Shown in pieces: positions 14,592-22,819 of a stretch of DNA of 64,000 nt. The notes below the pieces were generated by a model, which had not been told where the DNA came from, did no database searches, and was given only the letters and a program-made list of their open reading frames with translations. The DNA comes from Verrucomicrobiia bacterium. Lineage in GTDB: Bacteria > Verrucomicrobiota > Verrucomicrobiia > Limisphaerales > UBA11358. The stretch is taken from contig DASXFM010000185.1 in assembly GCA_036489615.1 (NCBI GenBank), positions 274 to 64,273 of the forward strand, written 5' to 3'. How positions within the stretch are numbered: the stretch's first letter is position 1; the number at the start of each line of letters is the position of its first letter. Both the position numbers and the translations under genes were made by a program.

Positions 14592-15179
14592 CTAACGGCA
14601 CAAGGAAAGGATACTGCCGGCACAACCATCCATTTCCTGGAAGGGGCCGAGCGGCCTAACGTTGCTATCTTCGCGAGAGATATCCGGTTCGCCAGAGGAA
14701 AGGGTGTAAACCACCGTATCATCTTTGATCAGGATAAGTCCTTTGAACCGCCAGCCCGATTGATGGGTCTGACGCTTGAACCCAAAGACATCCAAAACCA
14801 GGCTGCCGTGCCGCTTTTCTTTGACATTCTCCAATTCCACGAGATAGGCCTGATTGCCTTTCTTAGCTTGAACGTATATGCGAACGCCAATGGGCAAATC
14901 ATCCATATGAATATTGGGGTTTGGCATGAATATCGGCATTACATCCACATAGGGCATAATCTTAATGTTGGGGGTAACTTTGGGATCAAAACCCATGGTC
15001 TGTAAGTCAGCGATCGTAGTATGATTGGGGGCGATTTTGTTGAAGGCGATGCTGATTTGATCCCAATTTGTCCATGGCGTGAGGGTGGATGACTGGCGGC
15101 TAATAAACAGGCTTTGACAACCCGCTGTCAAAAACATCGCTCCCGTGACGATCGCTAAGATGACCACTCGCACTATCAC
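14592..15179 (-). CDS. Lipoprotein of unknown function
   Basis: GTG start with AAGGAG about 8 nt upstream. MIVRVVILAIVTGAMFLTAGC (lipobox TAGC). Confidence 0.7.
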   Translation of the reverse strand: MIVRVVILAIVTGAMFLTAGCQSLFISRQSSTLTPWTNWDQISIAFNKIAPNHTTIADLQTMGFDPKVTPNIKIMPYVDVMPIFMPNPNIHMDDLPIGVRIYVQAKKGNQAYLVELENVKEKRHGSLVLDVFGFKRQTHQSGWRFKGLILIKDDTVVYTLSSGEPDISREDSNVRPLGPFQEMDGCAGSILSLCR

Positions 15180-15212
15180 AACAATACGCTCCTTAACTTT
15201 CCAAAAATCGTT

Positions 15213-15228
15213 AGCACGTGATATGCCG
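15213..15228 (-). promoter_or_regulatory. Sigma-54 type promoter
   Basis: The minus strand reads CGGCAT-ATCAC-GTGCT. Confidence 0.55.
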
Positions 15229-15281
15229 CTAATTGTTATGCTTGATGTCCAACAACGACAATCACATCTGAAATCTTATGA

Positions 15282-15322
15282 TGCAATCTGCAAATCGTGA
15301 ATAAATCCAATTGCAGTTTGCA
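15282..15322. promoter_or_regulatory. Pair of TGCA-N3-TGCA boxes between divergent promoters
   Basis: TGCAatcTGCA at 15282-15292 and TGCAgttTGCA at 15312-15322, 19 nt apart. Confidence 0.45.
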
Positions 15323-15396
15323 AAAATAGATAGAGTGGATGAATGACAGACTTTCCCGAAACTAAGGAAATCGTTACATATTTTTTATTTGGTGAA

Positions 15397-15412
15397 CGGC
15401 ACATCGCTTGCA
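15397..15412 (+). promoter_or_regulatory. Sigma-54 type promoter pointing into a region with no confident gene
   Basis: CGGCAC-ATCGC-TTGCA, with an exact TTGCA -12 element. Confidence 0.6.
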
Positions 15413-15510
15413 AGGGAGGCGGCATCACACGAGTGAAAAATAGAAGCCAAAATAGTATCCAAAAAAAATCGACGGGTAGCTTTTTACTCTTCCGACTGCA
15501 TCAAAATCTA

Positions 15511-15663
15511 ATGAAAGCGCGCGAGATCATCAGTGACCGGGTCATACCCCTGGCGCCAAAGGGTTCCAGAAGGAATCCGAAAGGGCGTGACCTTCCTGTT
15601 CACTTTTCCATCGATACCGCGCGCGCCTTTGAAATAAAAAACTGCAACCACGAATGCCTATGA
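15511..15663 (+). CDS. Hypothetical small protein (50 aa)
   Basis: This is the first ATG downstream of the predicted start of the promoter at 15397-15412: MKAREIISDRVIPLAPKGSRRNPKGRD... No homology recognised. Confidence 0.3.
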   Translation: MKAREIISDRVIPLAPKGSRRNPKGRDLPVHFSIDTARAFEIKNCNHECL

Positions 15664-15887
15664 ATCCATTATTTCAATCCATAACTGAAAGGCCCCTTAT
15701 CCCCGGTTTATTTCAAATTGCCGCCTGCGCGGGCGGCCCGGTGCCCCAAAACCTGGGGCAGACACCGTTTGCGGATATGATGCTTAACCCCAAAAAGCTG
15801 GAGGCCATCTTAAGAACGATCGCGAGGCTGGAAAAGCCAGTCACGCGCCGCAATTCTGCTGGACGCCTTGCTAAAAGGGTACGTTAA
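15654..15887 (+). CDS. Hypothetical protein (77 aa)
   Basis: It overlaps the previous ORF by 10 nt. No homology recognised. It contains GC-rich hairpins (GCCGCC..GGCGGC, TGCCCC..GGGGCA), so it could instead be structured RNA. Confidence 0.3.
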   Translation: MPMNPLFQSITERPLIPGLFQIAACAGGPVPQNLGQTPFADMMLNPKKLEAILRTIARLEKPVTRRNSAGRLAKRVR

Positions 15888-15917
15888 GAGACCACAGAGG
15901 CCTGCCCGCACAAAAAC

Positions 15918-16454
15918 CTAATTGGAAAGAGAGGCGGTGCGATAATAGCGGTGGGGAAACTGGGTGGTATTGGAATCAACGAAATTAAAGGGCGCGACAT
16001 TCGTCTGGAGTGCAACCCAATGAACCAGATCGGTTGAGGCCTGCACAACGTACTGGGAATTGGCGGCACCGGTCACCGTAAATCCAAATTGGCCGGGAGA
16101 GGTAAGGAGCGAGGTAATCGCAGCGGCCGCCGACAAGGTTTGACCAACAACGCCGGAAATTTCAGGAGAATAACCGCTCTGGTTACCGGAACCGTCATAA
16201 GAGGTCGCCGAAAAATAGTAGGTTACGCCGCTGGTCAATCCGCGAATCGTAACGTTAGTGGCGCTGGGATTAAGAACGGAAACGGCAGAAGTATAATTGC
16301 CGCTGGAGGTGCCATAATAAATGTCATAACCGACGACATTAGTGCCTGAGCTGGGAGTCCAACTAATGGTGGCGGTTCCCATCCCCTGTGATTTCGCACC
16401 CATTGCAAATAGCAACAACCCCGCGAACGTAAAAAGAATTAGTATCCTACGCAT
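15918..16454 (-). CDS. Secreted fibronectin type III domain protein
   Basis: Signal peptide. ISWTPSSGTNVVGYDIYYGTSSGNYTS..VTIRGLTSGVTYYFSATSYDGSGNQS is an FN3 domain. The C-terminal beta-sandwich-like domain ends FPHRYYRTASLSN. Confidence 0.85.
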   Translation of the reverse strand: MRRILILFTFAGLLLFAMGAKSQGMGTATISWTPSSGTNVVGYDIYYGTSSGNYTSAVSVLNPSATNVTIRGLTSGVTYYFSATSYDGSGNQSGYSPEISGVVGQTLSAAAAITSLLTSPGQFGFTVTGAANSQYVVQASTDLVHWVALQTNVAPFNFVDSNTTQFPHRYYRTASLSN

Positions 16455-16797
16455 AACTACAATTTTTCTGTGTATCTATTTTTTAGTATTCGGAATTGCC
16501 TGAATTCCGTCGTTTGAAGGAAACAACACATGCTGCTTCCGCCCGTTTCAAACGAATCTACCGCAACAACCTTTGCAATCAACAATGCAAAATGCGGCGA
16601 GACTTTCTTAGAAAACCCGCGAAGAAAAACAATAGTGAGAAGAGAACTCCCCTTCGCCTGTCTGCTTCACCAGCTAACTAACTCTGCCTGTGATGATAGG
16701 TTATCCAGAAGGGCCTGAATTGCAAGCACTTTTTTTAGGAGAGAGCATAAAAAAGGATAAATCGTAGTACTAATTTAAAGGGCGGAAGGTAATTTTT

Positions 16798-16840
16798 TGC
16801 ACCTTGCAACTAATGCAGGCAAAAAAGTTTGCGCTCTGCA
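16798..16840. promoter_or_regulatory. TGCA box cluster
   Basis: TGCAcctTGCA at 16798-16808, with TGCA at 16814 and 16837. Confidence 0.4.
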
Positions 16841-16905
16841 TACCTTTTAGGATGCGACTTTTCGCCATTTATTCAAATTACGGGGTTTTGATCAATTTCA
16901 GGCAT

Positions 16906-16921
16906 CGGCATAGTCACTGCT
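16906..16921 (+). promoter_or_regulatory. Sigma-54 type promoter
   Basis: CGGCAT-AGTCA-CTGCT, about 50 nt upstream of the DUF892 ATG. Confidence 0.55.
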
Positions 16922-16971
16922 AAAAGAGACGTGCACGAAGGAAATATTAAAATGGGAAAAGCAATTTTGTT

Positions 16972-17484
16972 ATGAGGAAACTGGAAGATTTATTTTTGGA
17001 TGCCCTAGCGGATGTTTATTACGCAGAGCAAAAGCTGGAAAAGGCATTACCAGAAATGGCCAAGGCAGCCACCCACGATGGCTTGCGGGCGGCATTTGAA
17101 GGACATCTGACCGAGACACGTCATCACGCGGAACTATGCGAGGAAATCTTTGGACTGTTTGGGCAGAAACCGAAAGCCATAAAGTGCAAAGCTATTCTCG
17201 GCATCATTGATGAGGCAGAGGATTTAATTTCGGAAAATAAAAAGTCGCCGACCATCAACGCAGCGCTGATCCTAGGTGGCCAGAAAGCCGAGCATTATGA
17301 AATCGCATCGTATGGCACGTTGCGTGAATGGGCCAAACAGCTCCAGCGCGAGGATGCGGCGGGATTAATCGACCAAATCCTGGAGCAGGAAAAGGCCGCC
17401 GATGTCAAATTGACACGGCTAGGGCAGGAATATTGCAACTCCGCAGCCAAAAGCGGCGGTGATGATATGCGAATGGCAGCATAA
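16972..17484 (+). CDS. DUF892 / YciE-YciF-like ferritin-like stress protein
   Basis: LEDLFLDALADVYYAEQKLEKALPEMAKAA...HLTETRHH...AEHYEIASYGTL is the characteristic DUF892 pattern. Confidence 0.9.
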   Translation: MRKLEDLFLDALADVYYAEQKLEKALPEMAKAATHDGLRAAFEGHLTETRHHAELCEEIFGLFGQKPKAIKCKAILGIIDEAEDLISENKKSPTINAALILGGQKAEHYEIASYGTLREWAKQLQREDAAGLIDQILEQEKAADVKLTRLGQEYCNSAAKSGGDDMRMAA

Positions 17485-17531
17485 AAAAAATCTCCCCGGC
17501 GCGATCAACAAGCGCCATTTACCCCCCAAGT

Positions 17532-17565
17532 GGCCGGAATTTGCCTGTATTCCGGCCTTTTTTTC
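17532..17565 (+). terminator. Intrinsic terminator
   Basis: GGCCGGAAT-loop-ATTCCGGCC followed by TTTTTTT. Confidence 0.75.
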
Positions 17566-17916
17566 TCTAATGAGCGAACTCTGCAGGCGCTTAAACCTGA
17601 AAGAAAACAATCTTCTCCAAACTAGAATTAGACTTAACCAAATTCTTTTCATCCTTTTCCAAGCGGTCCAACCCTTCCTCACCCCCTGCCCTCTCCCGGC
17701 GGAAGAGGGAGAATCGCTGTCAGATGGCTGGCGTTGGCCAAGGAAAAAGTGAGTTCATAACAACAAAACGCATACTGAGAAAAGAGCAAGCGTGATGTTT
17801 CAGTCTATCATATTAAGCTTGAAACAGAGATAGAATGAGAATTTCAAAAAAATTTTGACGAATGAAGTTTTAGAGTTAGAGTGACGGTGGAAAAAAGGAG
17901 TTTAGAAAAAGCAGCT

Positions 17917-18615
17917 ATGAAAAATATAATTTATTCACACCTATTCTTAAAGTTTTCAGTATTAACCGTTGCGGCCGTAGCATTGGCCGGCTGCCGCACG
18001 TCACAATATTATGACGCAAGTCCGACAACTGCCACAACGGCGCCAAAACAGGCAGCCACACAAACGGCACTGGACGATTGGGCCACACCGCAGACGGATT
18101 CCGGATCTTCACAGCCGCAAGCAACTGTCCTACGCCAGGGGGATACCGTCAAGGTAACGTTTCCGGGATCTCCCAATCTCAACCAAACCGAACAGATTCG
18201 ACTGGATGGAAAAATTTCTTTGCCGCTGGTGGGTGACGTCCAGGCCGCTGGCCAGACCCCGGATGGGCTGGAACAGAGCCTAGTCAGGCTGTATGCGCCG
18301 CAGCTTTCATCAAGCGATGTCACGGTGGCCATCGAATCATCATCTTTCCCGGTATTCGTAACCGGCTGTGTTTTAGCACCCGGGCGCGTTTTATCCAACC
18401 AACCATTAACGGCACTGGAGGCGATTATGGAGGCAGGCGGGTTTGATTACGCACGAGCAAACCTGAGAAACATCCACGTGATCCGCCGCGATAATAATTC
18501 CTCGCAAAGTTATGTTCTGGATCTCAAGAGTGTTTTGAACGGAGACGAAAAAAATAATTTTTACCTGCAGCCGAATGACATCGTATACGTACCGGAAAAA
18601 TTTTCCTGGTTCTAG
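17917..18615 (+). CDS. Polysaccharide export outer-membrane lipoprotein (Wza-like: Poly_export + SLBB)
   Basis: Trimmed to the ATG giving MKNIIYSHLFLKFSVLTVAAVALAGC (lipobox). LRQGDTVKVTFPGSPNLN..IRLDGKISLPLVGDVQAAGQTP..L and ..NDIVYVPEK are typical. Confidence 0.9.
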   Translation: MKNIIYSHLFLKFSVLTVAAVALAGCRTSQYYDASPTTATTAPKQAATQTALDDWATPQTDSGSSQPQATVLRQGDTVKVTFPGSPNLNQTEQIRLDGKISLPLVGDVQAAGQTPDGLEQSLVRLYAPQLSSSDVTVAIESSSFPVFVTGCVLAPGRVLSNQPLTALEAIMEAGGFDYARANLRNIHVIRRDNNSSQSYVLDLKSVLNGDEKNNFYLQPNDIVYVPEKFSWF

Positions 18616-18626
18616 TAAATGACATG

Positions 18627-18664
18627 GCTTTGTGAACTGGGTTCCGGTTCACAAAGCTTTTTTC
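18627..18664 (+). terminator. Strong intrinsic terminator after the Wza-like gene
   Basis: An 11-bp stem GCTTTGTGAAC/GTTCACAAAGC, a 9-nt loop, then TTTTTT. Confidence 0.85.
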
Positions 18665-18808
18665 TCTTCGCAGTGCGGTTCATGTAACAGCTTTCTTCGC
18701 AGCGTTCCCGAAGTCTTCCGCCGACATTAGGCAAAGTAAGAAAGAATTTTTGCCAGAAATTTTCCGAATCATATTACAGGGAAATTGTTTTTACTTATTA
18801 AAGATTTT

Positions 18809-18834
18809 TGCAAGTTGCACACAAAAAAGTTGCA
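18809..18834. promoter_or_regulatory. TGCA box cluster at the head of the EPS operon
   Basis: TGCAagtTGCA at 18809-18819, plus TGCA at 18831-18834. Confidence 0.4.
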
Positions 18835-18936
18835 AATCGCCTTTGCGTGACACATAGCACAACGGTTTTTAGAAGTAACTGTGAGGAACTATGGCAAAAC
18901 TCAATTGGCATATTTCTTGTTAATGCAGTTCCGCGA

Positions 18937-19512
18937 ATGAAAATGGAGGCACAAGCACAAAACCCGGCGTGGTACTGCGCCAGGACAAAACCGAAGCACG
19001 AGCACATCGCGGCGGCGACGTTGCGGAAGAATCTCGGTTTGGAAGCTTTCCTGCCACGGCTGAGGGTAGAACGTGCCACGCGGCGCGGGCCGGTAAATAC
19101 CATTGAACCCCTTTTCCCCTGCTATGTTTTTGTGCGCTGCGTCATTGATGAAAGGCTTGATGAAATCAAGCACGCGAATGGCGTGAGCAGCCTGGTGAGG
19201 TTCGGCGGAAGAGTTTCCATGGTGGAAGACTCGATTATCGAAGAACTTCAAGATTGTTTTGAGGCGGATGAGCCCATGACGGTGGAACATCGCCTGATGC
19301 CCGGCAGCGAAGTATCGGTGGCCGGGGGCGCGTTTGATGGAATGCGCGCACATGTATTGCGGAACCTGCCGGCAAAACGGCGGGTGCAGGTTTTGCTGGA
19401 TATTTTAGGACAACCGACGCCAGTGGAGGTGGATCGGAGTGCAGTGATACTGATGGAAGACACCGTGGCGCATCTGGCGCCCGTGCTGGCGCGTGCGACC
19501 GTGCGCGTTTAA
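18937..19512 (+). CDS. NusG/RfaH-like (UpxY-like) transcription antitermination paralog
   Basis: WYCARTKPKHEHIAAATLRKNLGLEAFLP..EPLFPCYVFVR is an NGN domain. GSEVSVAGGAFDGMRAHVL is a KOW-like motif. The start is trimmed to MKMEAQ. Confidence 0.85.
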   Translation: MKMEAQAQNPAWYCARTKPKHEHIAAATLRKNLGLEAFLPRLRVERATRRGPVNTIEPLFPCYVFVRCVIDERLDEIKHANGVSSLVRFGGRVSMVEDSIIEELQDCFEADEPMTVEHRLMPGSEVSVAGGAFDGMRAHVLRNLPAKRRVQVLLDILGQPTPVEVDRSAVILMEDTVAHLAPVLARATVRV

Positions 19513-19612
19513 TGGTAAGGGAACAACGGCGAAGCCATTTCGCCAATGTTATGGGACAAAGGATGGTAAAAGGGAAAAGTTGGCTAAAATCAACAAGTGC
19601 GGAGCTTTATCC

Positions 19613-20338
19613 ATGATAACTTCCAACCATACAACGCCGGGCAAGGCCGGGGGCCAGCGCTGGAAACGCGTGCTGGATATTGGTCTGGTTGTGATGGCTC
19701 TACCCTTGTTGGTTCCCATGGGACTGGCGATTGCGGGAATTATCCGTCTGGTCTCCAAAGGGCCAATTCTCTTCAAGCAAGAGCGGATCGGACGCGGCGG
19801 CCAAAAGTTCTGGTGCTTTAAATTTCGCACGATGTCAATCGGGGCGGACACGGTTTTACATGAGGGCCATCTGCGCCAGTTGATTCAATCCAATTCGCCC
19901 ATGACGAAAATGGATTCACGCGGAGATAAGCGGATCATCATTGGCGGCGTTTTTATCCGCGCCCTGGGCTTGGATGAATTGCCGCAACTCATCAATGTGG
20001 TTCGGGGTGAAATGAGCATCGTGGGCCCGCGTCCGTGTTTGCCGTATGAATTTGAGCTTTATCTTCCCTGGCAACGGGAACGATGCAATGCCGTGCCTGG
20101 TTTAACGGGCCTTTGGCAGGTAAGCGGCAAAAACAAGACGACGTTCTGCGAAATGATCAAGCTGGATATCGAATATTCGCGCCGTTGCAATCTTTGGCTG
20201 GATGTTGGAATCATCTTCAAAACAATTCCAGTGCTGTTGTCGCAGGCCTCTAATACACAGAAAAAAATAATTCCTGCGCCAAAGGCAATCACGGTCGAGG
20301 CGGAAGACATTTTTTCGGCTCACGCAGCAAATCGTTAA
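19613..20338 (+). CDS. Polyprenyl-phosphate glycosyl-1-phosphate transferase (Bac_transf, priming enzyme)
   Basis: KRVLDIGLVVMALPLL..GPILFKQERIGRGGQKFWCFKFRTM..DELPQLINVVRGEMSIVGPRP..PGLTGLWQVSG. Confidence 0.9.
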   Translation: MITSNHTTPGKAGGQRWKRVLDIGLVVMALPLLVPMGLAIAGIIRLVSKGPILFKQERIGRGGQKFWCFKFRTMSIGADTVLHEGHLRQLIQSNSPMTKMDSRGDKRIIIGGVFIRALGLDELPQLINVVRGEMSIVGPRPCLPYEFELYLPWQRERCNAVPGLTGLWQVSGKNKTTFCEMIKLDIEYSRRCNLWLDVGIIFKTIPVLLSQASNTQKKIIPAPKAITVEAEDIFSAHAANR

Positions 20339-20417
20339 TCAATCACCCCGGTTTTTATCCGTGGTTTGGGTATTTCTTAAGGCACTAAGCCCAAGCCTAT
20401 CTTCAATTAAAATCCTT

Positions 20418-21608
20418 ATGTCTAAACCTATTAAAGTTGGCGTCGTTGGCTGTGGTTATTGGGGGCCAAACCTGGTTCGCAACCTCAATTTGCTGCCGGA
20501 TTGCCAGTTGAAAATGATCTGCGATACGAACGAAATGCGGTTGGAACATCTCAAATCGCTTTATCCGGACGTCCAACGGGCGACGAACTACGAATTTATG
20601 CTGAATGGCATCGGCTTGGAAGCGGTAGTCATCGCTACCTCGGTCAAATGGCATTTCCCCATGGCCAAGGCCAGTCTGCTCGCGGGCAAACATACATTCA
20701 TTGAGAAACCGATGGCCAGTTCTTCGGCAGAATGCGAAGAGCTGATTGATATAGCCCAGAAAAAAGGGTTGGTGCTAATGACCGGGCATACGTTTCTTTA
20801 TTCTCCAGTCATCCGGAAGATCAAGGAGATCGTCGATCAGGGCGATATCGGCGACATCCGCTACATCTGTGCCCGCCGGTTGAATCTCGGATTATTCCAG
20901 AAAGATATTAACGTGGCGTGGGACCTGGCGCCACATGACATTTCGATCATCCAGCATATCATGGGCGAAGCGCCGATCGCGGTGAATTGCCGTGGCTGTG
21001 CGCATATCACCCCAGGCGTGGAAGATGTCACGATGATCTGCCTGTCATTTCCAAAACAGCGCACGGCAATGATCCATAATAGCTGGCTGGACCCGCGTAA
21101 AATCCGCGAGATGACTATCGTCGGCAGCAAGCGCATGATCGTCTATGATGATGTAGCGCTGCTGGAAAAAATCCGGGTATTCGACGCCCGCGTGGAAACC
21201 CCCCCGCATTATGATACCTTTGCCGAATTTCAATACGCTTACCATTATGGCGATGTGTATGCTCCCTACGTCAAGCAGGAGGAGCCGTTGAAAAGCGAAT
21301 GCCAGCATTTCCTGGATTGCATTAAAAACGGGACTCAGCCATTGACCGGCGGCAAAAACGGCCTGGAGCTGGTCCGCATTCTGGAAGCCTCTTCCAAGTC
21401 ACTACGGCTTGGAGGAGCGGCGGTGGAATTTTTTCCAAAAGAGGGTGCCGTGCAGCAAAACGGCAATGGCCATCATAATGGCAACGGATCGTCGAAAATA
21501 TTGCCCGCGCGAAAAGTGCCGGTCATGAAATTCAAAGCGGACAAGCGTTCGGTCAAAATGATCAAAAGGGTTTCGCGCGCGGAAGCGCCGGAAATACTCG
21601 TCCGATGA
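20418..21608 (+). CDS. Gfo/Idh/MocA-family sugar-nucleotide oxidoreductase
   Basis: MSKPIKVGVVGCGYWGPNLVRN..EKPMA.. The C-terminus carries an unusual N/G/H-rich and basic tail. Confidence 0.9.
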   Translation: MSKPIKVGVVGCGYWGPNLVRNLNLLPDCQLKMICDTNEMRLEHLKSLYPDVQRATNYEFMLNGIGLEAVVIATSVKWHFPMAKASLLAGKHTFIEKPMASSSAECEELIDIAQKKGLVLMTGHTFLYSPVIRKIKEIVDQGDIGDIRYICARRLNLGLFQKDINVAWDLAPHDISIIQHIMGEAPIAVNCRGCAHITPGVEDVTMICLSFPKQRTAMIHNSWLDPRKIREMTIVGSKRMIVYDDVALLEKIRVFDARVETPPHYDTFAEFQYAYHYGDVYAPYVKQEEPLKSECQHFLDCIKNGTQPLTGGKNGLELVRILEASSKSLRLGGAAVEFFPKEGAVQQNGNGHHNGNGSSKILPARKVPVMKFKADKRSVKMIKRVSRAEAPEILVR

Positions 21609-21689
21609 GCGCGGTGGAACCATCGCCGCGGCAGATTCTAGCGTAATGGGTGGCCGGAGCCGAAACCGGCAGTTCATCATCTCCTTGTT

Positions 21690-22802
21690 GTGTCCTCCGG
21701 GAATTTAATCACAACGCCTGAGTGTTTTTCACTCGGCGAAAGCCGTTCTTCCGTACGCACCACAGGCGTGCAATGGACCAATCCACTCGAGGCTTCAAAT
21801 TGGGATGCAAGGCTCAATTCACAAAATCATCCTGCCCGTTCGTTTTTTCACAGTTCAGCCTGGGCAAACGTCTTGACAGAAACTTATGGTTACAAACCAT
21901 TCTATTTTCTCACCAGTGAACCGGGTTCTTTTCATTCGCTCCTGCCGTTTATGGAAGTATCAAGCAGATTGACCGGGAAACGCGCGGTCGCCCTGCCCTT
22001 CACGGATAATTGCGATCCGCTCTGCACTGATAAGGCCGGGTTCAAAGATCTTTTTCATAATGCGATCGAGCTGGGCAAATTGCGTGGATGGAAATATCTC
22101 GAATTTCGGGGTGGGCGTAATCTTTTCGCCGGGACCCAGCCTTCTCTTTCCTATTACGGACATGGCCTGGACCTGCCGGCGAATGAAAATATGTTATTTG
22201 AGCAATTGAAAAGCGCGACGCGGCGGGCCATCCGTAAAGCCGAGAAGTCGGGGGTGCGAGTGGAAATCTCCACGGATGCCGACGCGACGGGTAGTTTTTA
22301 TGAGTTGCACTGCAAGACGCGCAAACGGCACGGTCTACCCCCACAACCCGATTCTTTCTTCAAGAACATTCAAAAGCATATTCTGGCGAAAAACCATGGA
22401 ATCGTTCTTCTGGCACGGTGGAAAAGACAGCCAGTAGCGGGCGGTATCTTTTTTCATGGGGGCGGAGCAGCGGTCTACAAATTCGGGGCGTCGGATGAAA
22501 ACTTTCAGCATTTGCGCGGGAACAATCTGGTCGTGTGGGAAGCTCTCCGTTATTTCCTGCGACGCGGGGTAAAGAAATTGGATTTAGGACGCACTTCTAC
22601 GCATAACGAAGGGCTAAGGAAGTTTAAATTAGCATGGAATGCCAAAGAAAAGAGCATCGGCTATTTTCGCTTCTCCATACCGCAGGAAAAATTTGTATCA
22701 GCACATGACGAATCCTCTGGATGGCATAACCGCGTTTTTAACGCTTTACCATCATTCGTATCTCGAACCATCGGCAATATTCTGTACCGGCACTGGGCTT
22801 AA
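21690..22802 (+). CDS. FemAB-related (Acetyltransf_6-like) protein of the type associated with PEP-CTERM loci
   Basis: FFHSSAWANVL..YGYKPFYF.., KSATRRAIRKAEKSGVRVE, GGIFFHGGGAAVYKFGASD..HLRGNNLVVWEAL. GTG start is uncertain. Confidence 0.85.
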   Translation: MSSGNLITTPECFSLGESRSSVRTTGVQWTNPLEASNWDARLNSQNHPARSFFHSSAWANVLTETYGYKPFYFLTSEPGSFHSLLPFMEVSSRLTGKRAVALPFTDNCDPLCTDKAGFKDLFHNAIELGKLRGWKYLEFRGGRNLFAGTQPSLSYYGHGLDLPANENMLFEQLKSATRRAIRKAEKSGVRVEISTDADATGSFYELHCKTRKRHGLPPQPDSFFKNIQKHILAKNHGIVLLARWKRQPVAGGIFFHGGGAAVYKFGASDENFQHLRGNNLVVWEALRYFLRRGVKKLDLGRTSTHNEGLRKFKLAWNAKEKSIGYFRFSIPQEKFVSAHDESSGWHNRVFNALPSFVSRTIGNILYRHWA

Positions 22803-22819
22803 CCAAACAAGGAAGCAAA

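Noticed and set aside
16455-16600. Possible sigma-54 promoter or TGCA-N3-TGCA box for the FN3 gene
   Set aside because: The only candidates (AGGCAA-N5-AATAC, and TGCA pairs spaced by 8 nt) do not fit either pattern.
17313-17330. TGGCAC hexamers inside coding regions (for example 17313, 22414, 32344, 53646)
   Set aside because: The GC dinucleotide is not at the required N10 spacing, or no TGC follows, and they are intragenic. They were not counted as sigma-54 promoters.
17689-17709. CCCTCT..AGAGGG hairpin in a C-rich context, reminiscent of REP-type intergenic elements
   Set aside because: There is only one copy in the window and the stem is only 6 bp. It cannot be distinguished from chance without genome-wide counts.
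17419-17752. ORFs 17419..17682(-) and 17459..17752(+)
   Set aside because: They span the terminator hairpin of the DUF892 gene and a hairpin-containing spacer. Their composition is not protein-like.
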